This document shows positions 55,939 to 62,501 of a DNA stretch of 62,501 nucleotides, piece by piece. The position numbers and the translations under genes are program-made. The stretch's first letter is position 1. Every line of letters begins with the position of its first letter. Origin of the DNA: Nitrosovibrio sp. Nv4 (lineage in GTDB: Bacteria > Pseudomonadota > Gammaproteobacteria > Burkholderiales > SG8-39); contig CAMDRF010000004.1 of NCBI GenBank assembly GCA_945906765.1, positions 1 to 62,501 on the forward strand. Direction: 5' to 3'. The notes under the pieces are model-generated. The model searched no databases. It was not told where the DNA came from and saw nothing but the letters and a program-made list of their open reading frames with translations.

Positions 55939-57101
55939 TTGGCCGGCTCCAGTTCCGCGGCCAGGAGTTCGACGTAGCGCCGGTAGCTAAAGACGCGGCC
56001 ACGCCGCCGGTTCGTCAACTCACCGACGATGCCGATGCGTTCGAGATGCGCGAGCGTCTTGTTGACTGTGGCAGGTGTGAGCTTTGTCGCCTTGACCAGG
56101 GCGGCCGTAGTGGCGAGCGGTTGGCGCTGCAGGGCCTGGTGGACCGCAAGAGCCGATTCCGCCGCGCGCCCGAGGACCGCGATGCGATCGCGGTCCTTGT
56201 TGACGAGCGCCAGCAGCGCATGCGCTGTCGTCACGGCCTCGGTCGCGCTGACCTCGATGCCCTCGGCGAAGAAGTCGAGCCAGCGTTCCCAGTCTCCGCG
56301 CAGGCGCACCTCGTTGAGCAGCTCGTAATACAGCGCGCGATGCGTCTTGAAGAACAGGCTCGGATACAGCATGGGCTGGCTCAGCACGCCGTCGGCCACG
56401 AGCTGCATCACGATGAGCAGCCGTCCGATGCGCCCGTTGCCGTCGAGGAACGGGTGGATCGTCTCGAACTGGACATGCACCAGCGCCGCCTTGAGGAGCG
56501 GCGGCGTGGACTCCGGCTCATCATTGATGAAACGTTCCAGGCGCCCGAGGCATTCCGGCACGGCATCGGCGGGCGGCGGCACGAACACTGCGTTGCCAGG
56601 CCGCGTGCCCCCGATCCAGACCTGCGAGCGGCGCACCTCCCCCGGGGCCTTGCCGCGGCCGCGGGGGTGGGTGAGCAGCACCTTGTGCATGTCGCACAGG
56701 AGCCGCGCGCACAGCGGCAGGCCGCCCCGCAGCTTCTTCAGGCCGGTCTCCAAGGCCGCCACGCAGCGGCTCACCTCCCGAGCGTCCTCCACCGGCACGC
56801 CGGGCTGCTCGTCGATCTCGTAGAGCAGCAGATCGGCGATCGAGGACTGCGTGCCCTCGATCTGCGACGACAGCACCGCCTCCTTGCGCACGAAGCTGTA
56901 GAGCAGAAGCGCGGCGTTGGGCAGCATGCTCGTGACCGCGTTTAGCCGCCCGAGCGCCACCAGCGCGGCGTCGAAGCGCCGCCGCAGCGCAGGCGACCAC
57001 GCCACCACCGGCTCCGGCGGCAGCGGCGCGGGCACGAAGGCCTGGAAAGGCTCGCTTGCCGTCGTGACCTTCACGTAGCGGCCGGGGGAAGGGCGGTGCA
57101 C
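55935..57101 (-). CDS. Fic family protein with C-terminal HTH (intact)
   Basis: EAVLSSQIEGT, HPFLDGNGRIGR, C-terminal RRRGRVFSY. Confidence 0.92.
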   Translation of the reverse strand: MHRPSPGRYVKVTTASEPFQAFVPAPLPPEPVVAWSPALRRRFDAALVALGRLNAVTSMLPNAALLLYSFVRKEAVLSSQIEGTQSSIADLLLYEIDEQPGVPVEDAREVSRCVAALETGLKKLRGGLPLCARLLCDMHKVLLTHPRGRGKAPGEVRRSQVWIGGTRPGNAVFVPPPADAVPECLGRLERFINDEPESTPPLLKAALVHVQFETIHPFLDGNGRIGRLLIVMQLVADGVLSQPMLYPSLFFKTHRALYYELLNEVRLRGDWERWLDFFAEGIEVSATEAVTTAHALLALVNKDRDRIAVLGRAAESALAVHQALQRQPLATTAALVKATKLTPATVNKTLAHLERIGIVGELTNRRRGRVFSYRRYVELLAAELEPAK

Positions 57102-57111
57102 GGTTCGGGCA

Positions 57112-57372
57112 ACCTGAAATAAGAATGGCCGTTATTTTAGTTTAATAGCCAAAAGTAAATCAACGGCCGACCGTAATTTAGGTTCCCGCTACCCCGCCCT
57201 TATTTTCGTTTTCGGCCTAAAACGAAAATAATGGAATTCCTTGTTAGCGCGGCGCTAACAAGCTCCCGCCCCACGAAATATGGGTCAAGTATCGGTCAAG
57301 TGATCGGTCAAGCCGCCTCGTCAGCGCAGCAGGGCGATTCCGCACCTGAAATAAGCCGGATCGCTATTTTAG
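57112..57372. repeat. Two copies of ACCTGAAATAAG-N9-TATTTTAG plus a perfect 13-bp inverted repeat
   Basis: Copies at 57112-57140 and 57344-57372; TTATTTTCGTTTT-6-AAAACGAAAATAA at 57200-57231. Confidence 0.75.
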
Positions 57373-57402
57373 GATCCGGGCGAAGACGCCCGGGCGAAAG
57401 CG

Positions 57403-57640
57403 CTAGTCCCGAAGCAGCGCCTTGAAGCCCGCCTGCTCGAAATGGTGGTCGTGGGCGAGGGCGTCCTTGATTCCCTGCTCTTCCATGATCAGAAAAAATG
57501 CACAGTCGGTCAGGCCCCATTCCTTGTCGCCTCGGTTTTCATACCGGTCGACGGCGCGACGGAAAAGGTCTCTCGTCTGAGGCACAACCGTAACGTTTGG
57601 ATTGCCTGCAATCGCCTCAGCGACCATCTCGGAGGTAACG
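57403..57640 (-). pseudogene. PIN-domain (VapC-like) toxin, N-terminally truncated
   Basis: DKEWGLTDC..M..QGI..AL.HDHHFEQAGF C-terminal PIN motif; N-terminal DT motif absent. Confidence 0.75.
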
Positions 57641-57644
57641 ATGT

Positions 57645-58268
57645 GGCATCGGAGCCAACTCTTTCGTTACGGTTTGGGCCTTCTGGTGAAGGTCGTCCTG
57701 CGGGTTGAGCGTCGCTTGCCAATACCCGGTGTCCGCGAAGACCGTCCGCACGGCGAATCGTATTTAGGCCCCTCGACGGCGGCCGGCCGAAGATCCGTAA
57801 CCTTACGGATGCTTCTCAGTTGCCCCGTGGCCCCCGAAAACTCTCCGACCCCGATGACGCGAAGCCGCCTCTCCGCGTGGTCCCGCAGGGCTTCCGTGAA
57901 CAGGACTTCCTGTTCTGGCGCAAAAACGCCGCGAACCTTGTGATCGTGTTTTCCAGTAGGTCAGCCGCCTGATCGAGCTCGCCTTCCAGCAAAGAGAGAT
58001 TCCCCGTGTCTTCCGGGATCACGCGCTTGAGCGGAACCCCCGTCGAGCCTTCCGTCAGCCCGTAGAACTTGATCGACAGGCTCGCCTCAAAACCCCTGGG
58101 CAAGCGCTCGCGATCCGGGTGCTGGGCGCGCCAAAGCGACTTCGCGGTTTCCACCAGAAGTGCCTTGTACGCCATCAATTCGGGCAGCACGTCGAGATCG
58201 AGGCCGTGATCGTCGAATCGCGGCCCCTCAAACCTCAGCGTCGTCAAATCGCGAGTCTTGTCATCCAT
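57645..58268 (-). pseudogene. Hypothetical protein, frameshifted/deleted
   Basis: GGAGG RBS; LRFEGPRFDDHGLDLDVLPEL...RERLPRGF, then frame break near 57940. Confidence 0.55.
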
Positions 58269-58420
58269 CCGGACCTCCTTGCCTAACAACTCTCAGTACG
58301 GGCGCGAGTGTAAGCCGAAGCGAGGCCTCTCAGCGACCAAAGGCCAGATATCAGCCGGCGCACGTACCCGCGTGTTGCGGAATCCAAACAACGCACGAGA
58401 ACTGATCCGGTTGGCGCACT

Positions 58421-58693
58421 TCAGACGCTCCCGGCAAAGGCGCGGCGGAGGTAGGCAGAGGGCAACTTCTCGACCAACTTAATCTGCTCGTCAGTCTTAC
58501 TGATCGCTTCTTGGATCAACCGCACCTGCTTGGCGAACTCGTGCTGCGCTTCGATTCCCGGCACTTCGACTGAGGCCACGGCTAGGCGCTTGAAAAGAAG
58601 CCGTTCGCGCACGGCGCCCCGCGTAAGTCCTTTAATGAAGTTTTCGCCGTAGAGGGAGCGCAACCAATAGTAGAACGTGCTCTTATTGATCAC
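58421..58693 (-). pseudogene. hsdS: Type I R-M specificity subunit, C-terminal fragment
   Basis: GAVRERL, VPGIEAQHEF, LPSAYLRRAFAG terminal conserved helix. Confidence 0.7.
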
Positions 58694-59800
58694 GCCCCAA
58701 ACATCCTTTCTTTCGTCTCACGCAGCACGTCGGCAGGCTTACCAACGGATTTCAGAGCGTCGAGGCCGCCGACTTTGGCGACTTCGGGGACTTCGAAGAC
58801 TTTGGGGTTTTCCAGGCCGTCGGTGCCGCTGCGGGCGAACTGGGAAGCGATGGCCTTCACTGTTGCGGCGGCGTTGGGGGGAATCGTTGAGAGCCAGGCG
58901 CCGTTTTTGTAGTTGAAGGCGTCGGCGCGGTCGGAGCGGGTGCGGGGGAGCATGCCGTAGCCGAGGTCGGCGAGCGCACGTACTTGAAGAACACGATGTT
59001 GCGCACGGCGGGCACGTCGACACCGGTGGTGAGCAGGTCGACGGTGGTGGCGACGAAGTGATGGCGTGACGCGGCGCGCAGGCCGGGCAGGAAGTCGCCG
59101 CCACCGCTCTCGGAGGTGCACTTGAAGGCGTAGGGTTCGGCGCGCGGCTTGCCGTTCTTCGTGCACCACTCGGCGTAGAGGTTGTTCATCGCCGCGGAGA
59201 CGGCGTCCGCGTGGCGGTCGCGGGCGCAGAAGATGATGCTCTTCTGCTCCGGCCCGCCGGTTTCCAGCAACCGGGCGAAGAGGTTCTTCGTCATTTCCGC
59301 GACACGCTCGGGCATGAGGAGCTTTTCCTCGATGTCCGGGGCGTCGTAGCGGTCTTTGGCCGCGTCCGGGTAGTAGCGCCGCGTCGCCTCGCCCCCTGAC
59401 TACCGGACAAGCAAGGGCTTAGCCGCAGGTGCATCGAGCGAGATGCCCTTTGCCTTCTCATACCGTGCACGCAGCGTCGCGGGTGACGAGAATTCCGCAA
59501 GTGGCCGGGGATTCGAGGTCAGTCCCGTTGTTGCATCAAACTCGACGAACAGGCGCCCATTCGAAGAAAAAATGAACGGCACGTTCATACGCCGCGCCGA
59601 TCCGTAACCCTTGGCCTGCTCCAGGCCGTGGCCGGGCGGCAGTCCTTCGGCCTTGGCTTCGATCAGCGCCGCGCCTTGCCGCTGACCACCTCGACCGTGC
59701 CTGCGGTTTCCTCGCGGCGAATGAGGTCCTCTGTCCACCCGCAGCCACGGATGGCCGGATCAATCAGCTTTGCCCGGGTATCGGACTCGTTGTAGGCCAG
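58690..59800 (-). pseudogene. hsdR: Type I R-M restriction subunit, heavily deleted
   Basis: [27 protein letters not shown]; QKSIIFC, TTVDLLTTGVDVPAVRNIVFF; about 1.1 kb in several frames. Confidence 0.82.
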
Positions 59801-59856
59801 AACGTCCCCCTGTACGCATCATAACGGCAGGCCACAGGGCCGGTAAGATAGAGGGG

Positions 59857-60909
59857 ATGGCAGTTGAAACCGACCGTCTGATCTCCGCCAAGCCCTCCTC
59901 GGTGCAGGAGGAGCAGATCGAGCGTTCGCTGCGTCCGGCGACGCTCGCCGAATATGTCGGCCAGGACAAGATCCGCGAACAGCTCGACATCTACATCCAG
60001 GCGGCGCGTGGGCGCAGCGAAGCGCTGGATCACGTGCTTCTCTTCGGGCCGCCGGGTCTGGGCAAGACCACGCTCGCGCACATTCTTGCCAAGGAATTGG
60101 GCGTCAATCTGCGCTCGACCTCCGGGCCGGTGCTGGAGCGTCCCGGTGACTTGGCCGCGATCCTCACCAACCTCGAACCGAAGGACGTGCTGTTCATCGA
60201 CGAGATCCATCGCCTGTCGCCGGTCGTCGAGGAGATCCTCTACCCGGCGCTGGAGGACTACCAGATCGACATCATGATCGGCGAGGGCCCCGCGGCGCGC
60301 TCGATCAAGCTCGACCTGCCGCCCTTCACGCTGGTGGGCGCGACCACGCGCGCCGGCATGTTGACGAACCCCTTGCGCGATCGTTTCGGCATCGTCGCGC
60401 GGCTCGAGTTCTACAGCCAGGAAGATTTGACGACGATTGTGCGTCGTTCCTCCCAGCTTTTGAAAATAGAAATTGAAAATCAAGGAGCGAGCGAGATCGC
60501 GCGGCGTTCGCGCGGCACGCCGCGCATCGCGAACCGGCTGCTGCGGCGCGTGCGTGACTACGCGCAGGTCAAGGCTGACGGCAGGATCTCCAAGCCGGTG
60601 GCCGACGCCGCCCTGAAAATGCTCGACGTGGATGCGCTGGGTCTGGACCTCATGGACCGCAAACTCCTGCTTGCGGTGATCGAGAAATTCTCCGGTGGCC
60701 CGGTCGGGCTGGAGAATCTCGCGCACGTGATCGGGGAGGAAGCCGACACCATCGAAGACGTGTTGGAGCCTTATCTGATCCAGTGCGGCTACCTGCAGCG
60801 CACGTCGCGCGGGCGCATGGCGACGCTTACCGCTTACCGCCATTTCGGCATCACAGCCCCGGCGGGCGCGCAGGATCTTTTGTCGCAGCCTGACCCGAAC
60901 GCCACGTGA
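59857..60909 (+). CDS. ruvB: Holliday junction branch migration helicase
   Basis: [35 protein letters not shown]. Confidence 0.97.
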   Translation: MAVETDRLISAKPSSVQEEQIERSLRPATLAEYVGQDKIREQLDIYIQAARGRSEALDHVLLFGPPGLGKTTLAHILAKELGVNLRSTSGPVLERPGDLAAILTNLEPKDVLFIDEIHRLSPVVEEILYPALEDYQIDIMIGEGPAARSIKLDLPPFTLVGATTRAGMLTNPLRDRFGIVARLEFYSQEDLTTIVRRSSQLLKIEIENQGASEIARRSRGTPRIANRLLRRVRDYAQVKADGRISKPVADAALKMLDVDALGLDLMDRKLLLAVIEKFSGGPVGLENLAHVIGEEADTIEDVLEPYLIQCGYLQRTSRGRMATLTAYRHFGITAPAGAQDLLSQPDPNAT

Positions 60910-61307
60910 ATACGTTCAACTTGCAGGTGCGGGTCTATTACGAGGACGTCGATGTCGGTGGCGTCGTCTACTATGCCAACTACCTGCGCTACTTCGAGCG
61001 GGCGCGCAGCGAGTGGCTGCGGAGCCTTGGCGTGAACCAAGAGCGCCTCGCCGCTGTCGAAGGGATCGGCTTCGTGGTGGCGCGCGCCGAAATCGACTTC
61101 AGGGCGGGGGCGCGGCTGGATGATCTGCTCAGCGTCACGGTAAAAATGACGGAACACAAGAAAACCTACCTCTGGCTGGAGCAGGAAGCGCGCCTTGCCG
61201 ACGGCAAGCTGTGCGCCAAGGCGCGCATTCAGGCCGCCTGTGTGCGGCATAGCGACATGCGGCCGCAGCCGATTCCCGAATTCCTCACCACAAGGATCGC
61301 GGCATGA
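60906..61307 (+). CDS. ybgC: Tol-pal-associated acyl-CoA thioesterase
   Basis: [26 protein letters not shown]. Confidence 0.92.
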   Translation: MNTFNLQVRVYYEDVDVGGVVYYANYLRYFERARSEWLRSLGVNQERLAAVEGIGFVVARAEIDFRAGARLDDLLSVTVKMTEHKKTYLWLEQEARLADGKLCAKARIQAACVRHSDMRPQPIPEFLTTRIAA

Positions 61308-61990
61308 CGATGACGCAGGACATGGAGCTCTGGACGCTCATCGCCAACGCCTCCTTCGTGGTGAAGGCGGTGATGCTGCTGCTGCTCGCGGTGTCGTTCA
61401 TGTCGTGGATGTTCATCTTTCGCAAGTGGATGACGATCCGCAGCGCGCGCGCGCAGACCGAGCAGTTCGAGCGCGAGTTCTGGAGCGGCAACGACATCAA
61501 TTCCCTGTACCAGGGCTCGGTCAACAACCGCCACACGATCGGCAGTCTGGAGCGCATTTTCGAGGCCGGCTACCGCGAATTCACCAAGCTGCGCGCGCAG
61601 CGGGGCACGGACGCCTCGACCATGGTGGACGGTGCGCGCCGCGCGATGCGCGCCACTTACCAGCGCGAGATGGACCACCTCGAGAGCCACCTTTCGTTTC
61701 TCGCCTCGACCGGCTCGGTCAGCCCCTACGTCGGCCTGTTCGGTACGGTGTGGGGGATCATGCATGCCTTCCGCAGCCTCGCGAACGTGCAGCAGGCGAC
61801 GCTGGCGCAGGTGGCGCCGGGAATCGCCGAAGCGCTGATCGCCACCGCCATCGGCCTGTTCGCGGCGATTCCCGCGGTGGTGGCGTACAACCGCTACTCG
61901 CACGACATCGACCGGCTTGCGATCCGTTTCGAGAGCTTCATGGAGGAGTTCTCCAACGTGTTGCAGCGGCAGGCGGCAGTGAGGACCTGA
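61304..61990 (+). CDS. tolQ: TolQ
   Basis: SPYVGLFGTVWGIM, APGIAEALIATAIGL. Confidence 0.95.
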   Translation: MTMTQDMELWTLIANASFVVKAVMLLLLAVSFMSWMFIFRKWMTIRSARAQTEQFEREFWSGNDINSLYQGSVNNRHTIGSLERIFEAGYREFTKLRAQRGTDASTMVDGARRAMRATYQREMDHLESHLSFLASTGSVSPYVGLFGTVWGIMHAFRSLANVQQATLAQVAPGIAEALIATAIGLFAAIPAVVAYNRYSHDIDRLAIRFESFMEEFSNVLQRQAAVRT

Positions 61991-62403
61991 TGGCGAGATT
62001 GCATTCCAAGCGCGGCGCGATGTCCGAGATCAACGTCGTGCCCTATGTCGACGTGATGCTGGTGCTGCTCGTGATCTTCATGGTCACCGCGCCGCTGGTC
62101 ACCCCCGGCGTGATCGACCTGCCCTCGGTGGCGAAGGCGGGCCAGCCCAAAGTCGTGCCGCTCGAGGTGGTGATCAAGGAGGACCGTTCCCTGTCGGTGC
62201 GCGAACGCGATGCCTCGGGCCGGATTGTGAGCGACCGGCCGGTGGAGCGCGGCGATTTCCCGAAGATTTTCAAGGATCCGAAGGTTCCGGTGCTTGTCGC
62301 GGGGGACAAGAACGTGCGCTACGAGGCGGTGCTCCAGGTAATGGACGACCTTCGCGCGCAGGGTGTGGAGCGCGTCGGTTTGCAAGTAAAGCCAAAACAA
62401 TGA
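61990..62403 (+). CDS. tolR: TolR
   Basis: EINVVPYVDVMLVLL, AGDKNVRY. Confidence 0.93.
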   Translation: MARLHSKRGAMSEINVVPYVDVMLVLLVIFMVTAPLVTPGVIDLPSVAKAGQPKVVPLEVVIKEDRSLSVRERDASGRIVSDRPVERGDFPKIFKDPKVPVLVAGDKNVRYEAVLQVMDDLRAQGVERVGLQVKPKQ

Positions 62404-62501
62404 CTGCTGCGGCCGGCACTGCCGCGATGTTCGACGAGCGAATTGATCCGGGCAGGATTACGTCGTTCGTGCTTGCGGCGGCGATGCATATTGCGCTGTT
62501 C
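62400..62501 (+). CDS. tolA: TolA N-terminus (runs off window)
   Basis: ATGA overlap with tolR; SFVLAAAMHIALF S-x6-H membrane anchor. Confidence 0.7.
   Translation, partial: MTAAAGTAAMFDERIDPGRITSFVLAAAMHIALF

Larger units (their letters stand above)
54821..59800 (-). mobile_element. Decayed defence island inserted between ruvA and ruvB (type I R-M, Fic, PIN)
   Basis: Opposite-strand block splitting the normally adjacent ruvA-ruvB; mostly fragments; no integrase seen. Confidence 0.7.

Overview
GC-rich chromosomal window from what looks like a betaproteobacterial sulfur oxidiser (inferred from protein sequences and gene order). It begins with the end of an ABC-transporter/amidohydrolase/SDR/acyl-CoA-ligase catabolic operon (1-4644). 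A ~43-kb sulfur-oxidation supercluster follows (~5.5-48.6 kb). It contains aprMBA with three downstream accessory genes, a relic of a second divergent aprA, SulP, TauE, soeABC, a Tat-exported SorT-like molybdoenzyme with a two-domain dihaem cytochrome, and a DsrE/DsrE2/TusA/DsrC-like sulfur-relay set with a CsoR-family repressor. It also holds a block of uncharacterised genes (three Fe/2OG dioxygenases, an S24-only protein and a CRISPR-less Cas6-like gene operonic with a Cys-less DsrC paralogue), a complete reverse dsrABEFHCMKLJOPNR operon, a two-component system and cysG. The right end is housekeeping (yebC-ruvC-ruvA ... ruvB-ybgC-tolQ-tolR-tolA), with a decayed type I restriction-modification/Fic/PIN island between ruvA and ruvB. 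No rRNA, tRNA or CRISPR array was seen. The best candidate for an undescribed system is the TauD-like / helical protein / orphan Cas6 / Cys-less DsrC operon, which is divergent from dsrA across a highly structured intergenic region. All calls come from motif recognition by eye; no database searches were run.
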